Of a stretch of DNA of 32,000 nucleotides, positions 23,435 through 32,000 are shown in pieces. Every line of letters begins with the position of its first letter. Within the stretch, counting starts at the first letter, position 1. The notes below the pieces were generated by a model, which did no database searches, had not been told where the DNA came from, and worked only from the letters and a program-made list of their open reading frames with translations. Location of the stretch: positions 4,230,001-4,262,000 of the forward strand of contig NC_010628.1 of the NCBI RefSeq assembly GCF_000020025.1. Reading direction: 5' to 3'. Origin of the DNA: Nostoc punctiforme PCC 73102. Lineage in GTDB: Bacteria > Cyanobacteriota > Cyanobacteriia > Cyanobacteriales > Nostocaceae. The position numbers were made by a program, and so were the translations under genes.

Positions 23435-24872
23435 TTACGAGGGTTCAACGCCACCAGAAACGGGATGAATACGTCCTAAAGCAGTAAGCTTGACAAAAAT
23501 CTTGGTTAATAAAATAGGCTCAGGGGTTTCTGGAAGCATTTTTAACATTTCACGAACATATCGAAGACCACGGTAGTAAGCCTTAAGATCAATAATGCCG
23601 GAGTCGGGATTATGTTGACGAAAATCAGATAGAAGATGATGGGATAAGTTGACCATAAAGAATGCCAAGTTAGCAGCATTAGTCACGGCAGCTTGGCTCA
23701 GGTTCATAAAATCTTCCAATCCCCAAAACTGTTTGTTTGGCATCTCGAAAGTTAAACTCGATTTGAAAGCGCAGTTTGTAGTAGTCGATTGTCTTTTCGT
23801 ATGACAATTTTAGGTCACTAGAAAATAGAATTACATGACTACGAGCATTAGTTTTGAGATTGGTTTTGACTAAAATAACTATATTTAGTGCTTGAGCAAA
23901 TTCCTTGTGAAGGAGAGTGCATTGATAAATATCAGTTTTGATATCCTCGTCAATGGTACTTTTACACAAATATGCGTCAGGTATATTACAATAATCCAGC
24001 TTGTCGCCCTTCGGGTTCAGCAGTCCCCTGCGACGGGAAACCCGTCTTCAGGGCTGCTTCACCGTATTTACGACGAGAGCGACGATTAGGGTCAGGGTTT
24101 TGGTAAGGTATGTATAGTGCCGAATCATGGTGCAATTTGGAAATTATGTGCAAGTTAACAAGACGTGCCATCTGCAAGGCATTATTGTTCCCAAAATGAC
24201 CATCTAAAACTAAGTAAGTTAGGGGGATAAAGTTAGCTATCAACTGGACTAACTCATTAATCATCTTCTTAATTCTTAGTAATTCAGATGTGAGAATTAC
24301 TTCTGTTTTATTTTTGTTCTTACTCCCTTTTGGTCGTCCACGTTTACGTTGAGCTTTAAGTTTTACTTCTGGAGTTGATGATGAGCTATTTTTTTCTACA
24401 TCGCTTTTAATCACCTGTTCTATTAAAATCGGAAATGAGTGTCTTTCTTGAACACTTACTAATGATAATGCAAAAAAAGATAGTCCTGATATCGGTTTAT
24501 TTACTAGACTAGAAAAAAATCTATCCAACCCATAAGTTTTTTTGCCTGCCTTACTGACTACAACTTCATCTCCTGCTAGCAAATATACCTCATTCGCACG
24601 GAACAAATGCTTGCGGAAAAATAGCCAAAACAATGGAGCCCAAGGTATTACTGTATGAAAGAACCTTAACATCGTCCGATAACTACCACCAGTCCTGTCC
24701 AACGAGAAATCCCCAACATCGTGACTCGGCCGCTCATTGCTAACATAGCCAGGATTATCTGGTTTAATTGCTGCATCGTTGTAGCGTTTATCTGCGGCAA
24801 GAGGCACTGTAACAGTGATAGGATGTCGGACATGGGCTGATTGTGGTTTTGAGTTGTCGTTGTGAGAGACAA
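23435..24872 (-). pseudogene. DDE transposase (IS4/IS701-like) split into four overlapping frames
   Basis: It is covered by ORFs 24872-24666, 24807-23986, 23969-23679 and 23743-23435. Motifs include LLAGDEVVVSKAGKKTYGLDRFFSS, YLVLDGHFGNNNA and YKLRFQIEFNFRDAKQ. Confidence 0.7.
24003..24060 (-). repeat. 58-nt mini-insertion element inside the IS4/IS701-like transposase gene
   Basis: The minus strand reads GAAGCAGCCCTGAAGACGGGTTTCCCGTCGCAGGGGACTGCTGAACCCGAAGGGCGAC. Deleting 24003-24060 fuses RRKYG to KLDYCNIPDAYLCKSTIDEDI in frame. It shares CGGGTT.CCCG.C......ACTG..GAACCCGAAGGG with 23080-23135. Confidence 0.6.
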
Positions 24873-24992
24873 TAACTCTACTACATCAGCCCTCTCTCTT
24901 CATCCTCTTATTTTGGCTAAGGTATTGGTTCAGTATAAGGCTTTCCGTATATATGCCGAATGGCACGCTTGAAAAGCCGAAACACTTGCGGT

Positions 24993-25893
24993 TTAAGCAG
25001 TTTGCAATTGTTTGCGTAATTCATGCCGGGGTTTGCTCATTAAGGGGTAAGCTTTCGGGCGACGTTTACGGACTCGTGGTTCATTTCTCGCAGGACGGTC
25101 GGGAACAGCCTTGTGAGCGATAACTTTAAGTTGCATTGCAATAAATTTGAAGACGTTTTGTTGAAGTTGCGGCTAACAATTCGGGAATAAAGTTATTTAA
25201 ATGATGGCAAGTAGCTTGCAGTGATAGGCGCAATGGAGGAGTACGGTAAGTAGTACCTGACGACCACATCAAACCACGAAGTAGATTGTAAGCAAGCAAA
25301 TAAACATAAATTTCTTTGCGTACCATTGAAGGAGTTTTACAGCGTAAAACATCCATTCCCAGAGTAGTTTTTAGATGTCTCAAATCTATTTCAACATCCC
25401 AACGTTTACCGTAAAGCCCAACAATATCCAGAGTTGAATAAGTTGTTATATCTAAGAGAGTAGTAATTAAACTAACTTGTTCAGTACGAAAGCCAGGAAC
25501 AACAATGTAATAATAAATTTCTCGTAGATTTATGGTTAAAGGTAGAGCATAAAATTCATCTTTACTCAATCCCTTTGGACATTTTTCAGGCTTATACCAA
25601 GTTACCAGCTTGTCACAACTTCCAACAATTTTACCTTTACGCATGGACGTTTTTCGAGCTTGACAATAAGAACTTGTATCTGTTGATGGAAGTTCTACTT
25701 CTTGTCCAGCCAAATAAGAAATGACTTTACTTACTGTATTGTGACAACTTTTATCAGTATCCAAAACCTGAGACAAAAACGCCCAAATCGTTACTATTGG
25801 GTCAAACAATTGTCGATAATATCTAATTTTTAGTTCCTTCATGGCTTGCTCAATTACACTTGTTGGTAATAGCTCTTTAAAAGGTAATCCCAA
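24993..25893 (-). pseudogene. IS4-family transposase remnant (internal deletion plus C-terminal frameshift)
   Basis: It has the N-terminal LLPTSVIEQAMKELKIRYYRQLFDPIVTIWAFLSQVL and C-terminal YGKRWDVEIDLRHLKTTLGMDVLRCKTP...YNL (YxxRWxxExxxxxxK). The tail PRVRKRRPKAYPLMSKPRHELRKQLQTA is in another frame. At 255 aa the ORF is too short for an intact enzyme. Confidence 0.7.
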
Positions 25894-26266
25894 GCTTTGA
25901 CCAAATTTATCAAGAGAGAATTTGTACTCGTAGTGTCACAGTAGATTTATGTTGTTGGCTTATTCGTATCAATGAAAGTATTTCATGAACGAGTAAGCTT
26001 TTCCTATCTCTAAAAAATTTTTGAACAACTTGTACATCTTTGCACTGCTTCTGTCAGGCACAGCGATCGCAGTACTGCATCAAAGATAATTGCCTGCCCC
26101 ATACCAAGACCTTCACCCTTCAATAGCTGTAGCGCCTATCCCACATAGCTTAGAGCTTTTCTTACTGCCATTCGACTCTCAATGGTATACCTCTACTTCC
26201 CGGCTGTACCCCTATCTGCTCATCTTTTCCTGTTTAGGACTACCCTTATTTGCCAATGTATTGACT

Positions 26267-28390
26267 TTAGAACACCTTGCGCTCTTCTAAATGAGCTAGG
26301 ATATCTGAGCGCTGATGCCAAACTGGACGCAAATGTTTGAGAGTGAACAGCTGTAACTGATCGCTAAGATGGGGCGAACCTGGTTGAGTAGCATTGCCGT
26401 AGCTAATGAGTGCCATTGCCTTTACTGGTTGAGAAAACTCAATCGCAGCGACGAACGAATCACCAGCAACTGCTTGAAAGCGACTTTGCGATCCCGGAAC
26501 AAAATTGAGAACGCGGAAAATACCAAGTTCTCCAACGCCACCATTAGCAGGCAAATCCTTATTGCCGATCGCTACCCGAAAAACATCTCCCCATGCCACA
26601 TCTATTGTCCCGTATGCTTTTTCAACTTTGGTAGCAGCAGCTTCTAGTATTGCGACTGCACTAGATGGATCGGCTAAACCGTCTGGTGTGGTGAATGGAG
26701 ATTTTTCACTCCAAGGTTTGCTAAACCCTTTATCCCAGTTCATCTGTTCTGCCCAAGCGGCAAAGAGTACCGCACCCTTGCTATCTGCATTGGCTTGCCG
26801 ATCCCAGGCTTCTAGGGTATCAGCAGCTAGCCGCGCTAAGGAACTTCCTTGCTTGCGTGCTGCCGGGATTAAGTCATCCAAGATGCGATCGGCTAGTTCC
26901 ATGCGGGTCGAATGTTTGTATTGCACCATTTCATCAAAGGAGATTTTCTCATCCTCAAAGAGCATTTTTAGAGAACGCTCTGTCCGAAAATTCATCGGAA
27001 AATACGGGGAACGAGGTGCCATGTAAGAAGGGTAACTATCTGCTTTAATAGCAGCAGGAAACGTCGTTGTCCAAGGCGGGTCGTTGGTATTTTGCAACCA
27101 TCCGCTTTTCGGGTTGATAATGCGTGGTAAATCTTTATAAGGATGGATTTTCGTCCATAATGTCTTGGAAGTATCACCAGAAATAATCCTTTCCCAGTAT
27201 TCAAAATTACCTTGAGAACGAACTGGAACATTACCGTTGAAATGGTGCATGATATTCCCATTTCTATCTGCATACATCACCGTGAACATTGGCAATTGCA
27301 AGCGCTGGAGTACGGTTTGAAATTGTTTCAAATTTTGGGAGCGCGCCATATCCCACCACTGTTCAAGTACCTTTGGTCGATCGAGACCGACAACGCGTAG
27401 TGCTATAGCTTTACCGCCTTTCTCTGTCAGCACTGGTCCGTGGATAGAACGTTTTACAACTAGAGGTTGGTTGCGTATTGTGCCGTCTTCTTGTTTTACC
27501 TTCAAAGAAAGGGTTGTGGTCTCGAAGGGACGAACTTTGCCATCGAAGCGATAACCATTGTCAACTAATTTAAGTTCGTAAGCATCCCAGCCATCGAAAG
27601 TGTTGACGGTATGAGTCCAGCCCAAATTATTGTTAAATGCGATCGCCAACACAGGAATTCCCACAAGTGTTGCTCCGTAAGCATCAATACCTGGAGCAGT
27701 CAGTTGGGCTTCGTACCATAAGTATAAATCCGCCCAAGGCAAGTGTGGGTTTGCAAGCAGCATCGCTTTGCCATTTGCAGAATGTGATGGAGCGATCGCC
27801 CAACCATTAGACCCTGCTTTTGGCTCATGCTGAATATCCCCTGCAACACTTGCTGCAACCTCTTCTGGGCTAACAATAAAAGTAAAATGCAGAACTCGAT
27901 GTAAGTGAGCCAGAACATCTTCTGCTTTGACTGGCAACACTACTTCTACTTCATCATCAATCAGTTCGCCATGCTCCCGAGCATAAGCATTAATTCCAGC
28001 AGCAAAGGCATTCAGGTAGCTACGAAAAGCTGGACTTTGAGAAGTGTACCAAGAACGAGCGCGTTCTGGAACTCCCATAGTCTGTACCCAACGGTCTGAT
28101 TCTAAATATTTCTCTCCCCAATATTCGGCAGCACGTCCACGTGCTTGACCATAAAGTCGCAAAAGCAAGTTACCATGACTTTGCATCTGCGCCCAACCGA
28201 AGGCTTGAAATGCACTTGGGACATCCTTGCCATATATGTGAGGTATGCCATAGGTATCCCAGAGTATTTCAGTGGATTTTGTGACCTGTGCAGGAGTGTA
28301 GCTTCCAACAACGAAAGTAAATAAAATACCAAGTATAAAAGCTAAAAGTCGAAATAATTTTTTTTTGAAACCTTTATGTAAATAGCTCAT
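26267..28390 (-). CDS. Ntn-hydrolase of the penicillin-acylase family (PvdQ / AHL-acylase-like)
   Basis: 707 aa with an N-terminal signal/anchor. GSNGWAIAPSHSANGKAMLLANPHLPW matches the autoproteolytic Ser-Asn beta-chain start and the NPH.PW block of PvdQ-type acylases. Confidence 0.85.
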   Translation of the reverse strand: MSYLHKGFKKKLFRLLAFILGILFTFVVGSYTPAQVTKSTEILWDTYGIPHIYGKDVPSAFQAFGWAQMQSHGNLLLRLYGQARGRAAEYWGEKYLESDRWVQTMGVPERARSWYTSQSPAFRSYLNAFAAGINAYAREHGELIDDEVEVVLPVKAEDVLAHLHRVLHFTFIVSPEEVAASVAGDIQHEPKAGSNGWAIAPSHSANGKAMLLANPHLPWADLYLWYEAQLTAPGIDAYGATLVGIPVLAIAFNNNLGWTHTVNTFDGWDAYELKLVDNGYRFDGKVRPFETTTLSLKVKQEDGTIRNQPLVVKRSIHGPVLTEKGGKAIALRVVGLDRPKVLEQWWDMARSQNLKQFQTVLQRLQLPMFTVMYADRNGNIMHHFNGNVPVRSQGNFEYWERIISGDTSKTLWTKIHPYKDLPRIINPKSGWLQNTNDPPWTTTFPAAIKADSYPSYMAPRSPYFPMNFRTERSLKMLFEDEKISFDEMVQYKHSTRMELADRILDDLIPAARKQGSSLARLAADTLEAWDRQANADSKGAVLFAAWAEQMNWDKGFSKPWSEKSPFTTPDGLADPSSAVAILEAAATKVEKAYGTIDVAWGDVFRVAIGNKDLPANGGVGELGIFRVLNFVPGSQSRFQAVAGDSFVAAIEFSQPVKAMALISYGNATQPGSPHLSDQLQLFTLKHLRPVWHQRSDILAHLEERKVF

Positions 28391-28427
28391 AATAACCTGG
28401 TTTAGATTTCAGAAGTGAGGCAAAGGA

Positions 28428-29207
28428 TTAAGGGAGCAACTGTATCTCGCTGGTAATTTGCCACAATTCTTGAGACAAAGACTCTAGCAGGAGTGATTGG
28501 GCTGAGTGCAGGAAAAAATGGTTCCCAGGAAACATTTGTAATAAGAATGCAGCATTTGTCTGCTCCTGCCAAGCTTGGAGTTCATCGTAACTAACCTTGC
28601 GATCCTGTAAACCACCAAAAGCGGTGATGGGGCAGTTAAGTGGTGATTCGGTAGTGTACACATAAGTTTCCAGAACCGCAAAGTCTGCACGAAGAATCGG
28701 AACAAGAAGTTGCATCAGTTCGGCGTTTTCTAGCACTGCTTCAGGAGTCCCATTCAGACGGCGTAGTTCTTCTTTGAAAGCAGGTTCGCTTAGAGCATGG
28801 ATGGGTGGATCTGGATCGGGAATTTGCGGAGCGTGGCGACCCGAAACAAACAAGTGTATGGGTGACAAACTGTACTGTTTGCGAAGTAAACGGGCTAGTT
28901 CAAAGCTGACGATCGCTCCCATACTATGACCGAAGAAGGCGAATGGTTTATCTAAATGTGGAAGCAGGACTGGAGCGATCGCACTGATAAGGGGTTCTAA
29001 CTGCGAGAATAGGGCTGTCCTCATTTGCATACCTCGTCCAGGTAGTTCAATGGGACAAACTTCGACAGTTGTGGGTAGACTGTCTAACCATGTGCGAAAA
29101 ATGAGAGAACTACCACCTGCGTATGGGAAGCAGAATAAACGCAGCGAAGCTTGAGGATTTGGCTTGGGATAGGTAACGCAGAAGTTCAATGTTGGTGTTG
29201 TTGTCAT
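28428..29207 (-). CDS. Type II thioesterase (NRPS/PKS editing)
   Basis: 259 aa with LFCFPYAGGSSLIFRTW and the GHSMGA nucleophile motif. Confidence 0.9.
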   Translation of the reverse strand: MTTTPTLNFCVTYPKPNPQASLRLFCFPYAGGSSLIFRTWLDSLPTTVEVCPIELPGRGMQMRTALFSQLEPLISAIAPVLLPHLDKPFAFFGHSMGAIVSFELARLLRKQYSLSPIHLFVSGRHAPQIPDPDPPIHALSEPAFKEELRRLNGTPEAVLENAELMQLLVPILRADFAVLETYVYTTESPLNCPITAFGGLQDRKVSYDELQAWQEQTNAAFLLQMFPGNHFFLHSAQSLLLESLSQELWQITSEIQLLP

Positions 29208-29282
29208 GAATAAAACAGCCCGATAGAGAGCCTTTGGTAGGCATTCTTCCTTATAGTTAAAACCTCTTACTAATCAGTAGCG

Positions 29283-29510
29283 TTATGTCTGGCTATGAGC
29301 TGCTTCTTCCATCTTCTTCCTTAAACTTAGTGGTCTCATGTCCGTCCATACTTGCTTTATATACTCAAGACATTCCGCCTTTAGACCACTATGACCTGCA
29401 TCTCGCCAACCAAGAGCGTTTTCTCGGTCAATAGGCCAAATGGAATATTGCTCCTCATGATTGACTACTACTTTGTAAATCGTCGTGTCTTCTTTGTCGT
29501 CTTGATACAT
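29283..29510 (-). CDS. MbtH-like protein
   Basis: 75 aa. [26 protein letters not shown]...[18 protein letters not shown] matches the MbtH signature (NxExQxSxWP...GW...CL...WTDMRP). Confidence 0.9.
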   Translation of the reverse strand: MYQDDKEDTTIYKVVVNHEEQYSIWPIDRENALGWRDAGHSGLKAECLEYIKQVWTDMRPLSLRKKMEEAAHSQT

Positions 29511-29594
29511 AATTTATCTCCTGCGATTTGCCTTGTACGATGTTAATTTAGTTCTTGTATTCTTATTTTCTCATTTTATGACTCACTTCTTTTG

Positions 29595-29942
29595 CTAACC
29601 TACTGATGCTTTAACCTGCACGGGTTCGTCAACTGGAATATCGAATAAAAGTGTATTTCTACAAAACTCTTGCCATTCAGATGTTACGTTATCAAAAATG
29701 ATATTTTTATCCTGAAAAATACCATCTGTGACTACATAAGTTTCTTGCAGATAAAGAAAGTCGTCATCAGTTAGTTCTCGATTGATTTCGACTTCTTTAC
29801 TGCCGATTTGTTTCTTTTCTTTTTTGCTATTTTCAACACGTTCTGTCCACTGGCTGAACTGACGTAATTTTTTGAGAGAGTAAGCTTTACAGTATTTTCC
29901 CATTGTTGCCATAGTGATACCTCTGTTTATATTCTTTTGCAT
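29595..29942 (-). CDS. Hypothetical protein (115 aa)
   Basis: ORF only, in the same orientation as the flanking genes. I recognise no motif. Confidence 0.4.
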   Translation of the reverse strand: MQKNINRGITMATMGKYCKAYSLKKLRQFSQWTERVENSKKEKKQIGSKEVEINRELTDDDFLYLQETYVVTDGIFQDKNIIFDNVTSEWQEFCRNTLLFDIPVDEPVQVKASVG

Positions 29943-30071
29943 GAGTTGGTCTATTTACCTTTAATAGGTATTTTTATAAACTGACTGCAATATTGAAGGT
30001 TGTATATTTGTCACAGTCTTGATTTTATGCTCTACCATCTAATGAATTGGCTTTCCCCAGATTCTGAACCT

Positions 30072-31082
30072 CTAGTCAAGCCCAAAAATGGCACGCGGTT
30101 TGTATGGCTGCTCTAGCAAGGTGCGCTCGTCGTTATCCATAACCAAATCTAATGTAGCTACAGCTTCTTCTAGGTGCTCTATCTTTGTGGCACCAATAAT
30201 GGGAGCAGTAACACTTGGTTGGTGTAGAAGCCAAGCTAGAGAAATCTGAGCAGCAGATACACCGCGTTGCTTTGCTATATTCATAACTCGGTCAACTATT
30301 TCAAAATCAAACTCTTCATAGTCGAGTTGATAATCGGTTCTAGCACGAATAGTCTTAGCAGGACTATGCCGAGGCTGATTACCAGCTAGAAAGCCTCGTG
30401 CAATAGGACTCCACGGAATCACCGCGATGCCCTCAGTTTGACACAACGGCAGCATCTCTCGCTCTTCTTCGCGGTAAATCAAGTTGTAAAGATTCTGCAT
30501 GGAAACAAAACGAGTCCAACCATGCATATCAGCCAAGTAAAGCGCTTTAGCAAACTGCCAAGCGTACATGCTAGAAGCCCCAATGTAACGAGCCTTACCT
30601 GCCTTTACAATATCATGCAGTGCCGCAAGAGTTTCCTCAATCGGTGTCTCGTAGTCCCAGCGATGAATCTGATAAATATCTACATAATCTGTCTGTAATC
30701 GTCGTAACGAGGCATCGATACTGTTCATGATGTGCTTACGAGACAAGCCTTTGTCATTTGGACTATCCCCCATCGGATAGTAAACCTTGGTGGCAATAAC
30801 AACCTGCTCCCTTTTGGCAAAGTCCTTGAGCGATCGGCCAAGGATTTGTTCGCTAACTCCCTGCGAGTACATATCAGCAGTGTCAAAAAAATTAATTCCC
30901 AACTCTAGGGCTTTTTGGATGAACGGACGACTCGTTTCTTCTGGAAGTATCCATTCTTCCCATTGAGGACTACCATAACTCAGAGTGCCGAGGCACAAAC
31001 GCGAAACTTTCAATCCAGTTTTACCAAAATTGACATATTTCATACGAGAAAAATGCGGAGTATTTGAGAAGATTTTGTCCAA
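30072..31082 (-). CDS. Aldo/keto reductase (Tas/YajO-like)
   Basis: MKYVNFGKTGLKVSRLCLGTLSYG, FFDTADMYS, DYVDIYQIHRWD, ARYIGASSM and TAPIIGATKIEHLEEA are classic AKR blocks. The true start is probably the internal MKYV. Confidence 0.85.
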   Translation of the reverse strand: MDKIFSNTPHFSRMKYVNFGKTGLKVSRLCLGTLSYGSPQWEEWILPEETSRPFIQKALELGINFFDTADMYSQGVSEQILGRSLKDFAKREQVVIATKVYYPMGDSPNDKGLSRKHIMNSIDASLRRLQTDYVDIYQIHRWDYETPIEETLAALHDIVKAGKARYIGASSMYAWQFAKALYLADMHGWTRFVSMQNLYNLIYREEEREMLPLCQTEGIAVIPWSPIARGFLAGNQPRHSPAKTIRARTDYQLDYEEFDFEIVDRVMNIAKQRGVSAAQISLAWLLHQPSVTAPIIGATKIEHLEEAVATLDLVMDNDERTLLEQPYKPRAIFGLD

Positions 31083-31153
31083 GCATTGAACATTTATTTT
31101 AAATAGGAATTTACTGATGAATTCATTTAATAAAATAAAGTTATCCTAACTTC

Positions 31154-31918
31154 TTAGCTAGTTTTACGGCAAACAAAGCAGACCATATCTGCTTCTGCGA
31201 TTAATGCTAAGTCAAGTTTAAAATCATATACACTAACTTCTGTGAAACCAACATTTTCTAAAGTTGACTGAACTTCAGCCCTAGAATAACCAATGACTGA
31301 AAAACTAGTATCTAGGCGTTTCCAGCAATCTATTTCTCTTAATTGAAAAGTTGTTACAAAAACTCGGCATTCTTTGGTTTCTGGATAATAAATATTTTTC
31401 ATACCCCAAGCATATTCATCTTTAATATCACCTAATATACGACCGTTCAAAGTAGAATTATATGCCTCTTCTAGACGTAAGTCAAATATAAATATACCGT
31501 TGCTATGAAGTGTACTATATACATTATGGAAAGTAGCTGTTAATTCTGACAAATTCAGAATGTGATTAAAACCCAAACCCATTGAAGAAACTGCATGGAA
31601 AATAGGCGGCAATTCAAAGAAGCGTACATCACCAAGAATCAATTTGCAATTAGGTGCATTCTGATGAGCATATTCCAACATTCTCTGGGAGCGATCAATT
31701 CCAGTTACCTGATAGCCTTTATTTAGCAGCCATTGTGACAGTTCCCCTGTGCCACAACAGAGGTCAAGGATACTCGCTCCTTCTGGAACGTAAGGTAATA
31801 GTAATTTTTCTAGGGTAGGCAAGGCTATTTTGTTGTAACTTGGCCCCAAAGCTTCGTTATATATTCGGGCAAATGGTTCATCAAATTTGTTATAGCTAGT
31901 TGCTGAAGACGAAGACAT
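31154..31918 (-). CDS. Class I SAM-dependent methyltransferase
   Basis: ILDLCCGTGELSQWLLNKGYQVTGIDRSQRMLEYA corresponds to motif I and post-I. Confidence 0.85.
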   Translation of the reverse strand: MSSSSATSYNKFDEPFARIYNEALGPSYNKIALPTLEKLLLPYVPEGASILDLCCGTGELSQWLLNKGYQVTGIDRSQRMLEYAHQNAPNCKLILGDVRFFELPPIFHAVSSMGLGFNHILNLSELTATFHNVYSTLHSNGIFIFDLRLEEAYNSTLNGRILGDIKDEYAWGMKNIYYPETKECRVFVTTFQLREIDCWKRLDTSFSVIGYSRAEVQSTLENVGFTEVSVYDFKLDLALIAEADMVCFVCRKTS

Positions 31919-32000
31919 AAAAGGTTTTCCTTTGCTTCATATTTAATGATAAATAATGGTCTACTTGCGTTAATATGCAAGTTAAAGGTGAAACAATTTA

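Larger units (their letters stand above)
23419..24927 (-). mobile_element. Degraded IS4/IS701-like insertion sequence (1509 bp) with a 6-bp target duplication
   Basis: The terminal CAATACCTCTGCCAATTTA (23419-) matches the reverse complement of the right end (CAATACCTTAGCCAAAATA) at 15 of 19 positions. GTTCAG flanks both ends (23413-23418 and 24928-24933). Confidence 0.7.

Noticed and set aside
26090-28332. ORF 26090-26290(+) and six ORFs inside the acylase gene (26369-26647, 26505-27026, 26857-27048, 27212-27400 and 27905-28099 on plus; 26992-27273, 27700-27918 and 28102-28332 on minus)
   Set aside because: They are antisense or alternative frames of the 707-aa Ntn-hydrolase CDS. The 26090 ORF overlaps its 3' end and has no motif.
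28484-28705. 73-aa alternative-frame ORF within the thioesterase gene, and 30438-30698(+) within the AKR gene
   Set aside because: They are overlapped by CDSs with clear family motifs.

Overview
AT-rich DNA (about 35-40% GC by eye). It has many GCGATCGC (HIP1) octamers, heptamer tandem repeats and gene families typical of a filamentous, Nostocales-like cyanobacterium. I recognised no rRNA, tRNA or CRISPR array. All functional calls come from reading motifs in the supplied translations by eye, not from database searches.

The window falls into three blocks.

(1) 0.46-9.5 kb, all on the minus strand: a RiPP-type island.
- Five small precursor genes have leaders ending in a double-glycine motif. 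Three belong to one family (464-703, 1435-1626, 1800-2021). One is Nif11-type (8288-8620), with a truncated Nif11 leader copy at 8006-8131. One is a third type (9259-9504).
- They surround a tightly packed operon: radical SAM/SPASM enzyme, 66-aa ORF, APH-like kinase, HopA1-like protein, aldo/keto-reductase-like protein, parvulin PPIase.
- The window contains no LanC/LanM-type cyclase and no C39-peptidase ABC exporter.
- This is the best candidate for an undescribed system.

(2) 9.9-26 kb: a decayed accessory region.
- Mobile elements: an IS5-family element with TAA target duplication, a MITE-like nested palindrome, an IS with a 9-bp target duplication splitting a ribbon-helix-helix gene, and an IS630 / IS4-like junkyard. 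Two unrelated transposase genes in that junkyard each carry a related 56-58-nt mini-insertion.
- Recombinase and regulator genes: a FimB/FimE-size tyrosine recombinase with a truncated paralogue, and a frameshifted CheY-like receiver.
- Other genes: a repeat-containing protein with an RpoA-alphaCTD-like tail, a secreted EndoU-like protein, a T5orf172/GIY-YIG protein, and a GC-rich foreign esterase gene.

(3) 26.3-31.9 kb, minus strand: NRPS-accessory-type genes with no NRPS in the window. These are a PvdQ/AHL-acylase-like Ntn hydrolase, a type II thioesterase, an MbtH-like protein, an aldo/keto reductase and a SAM methyltransferase.
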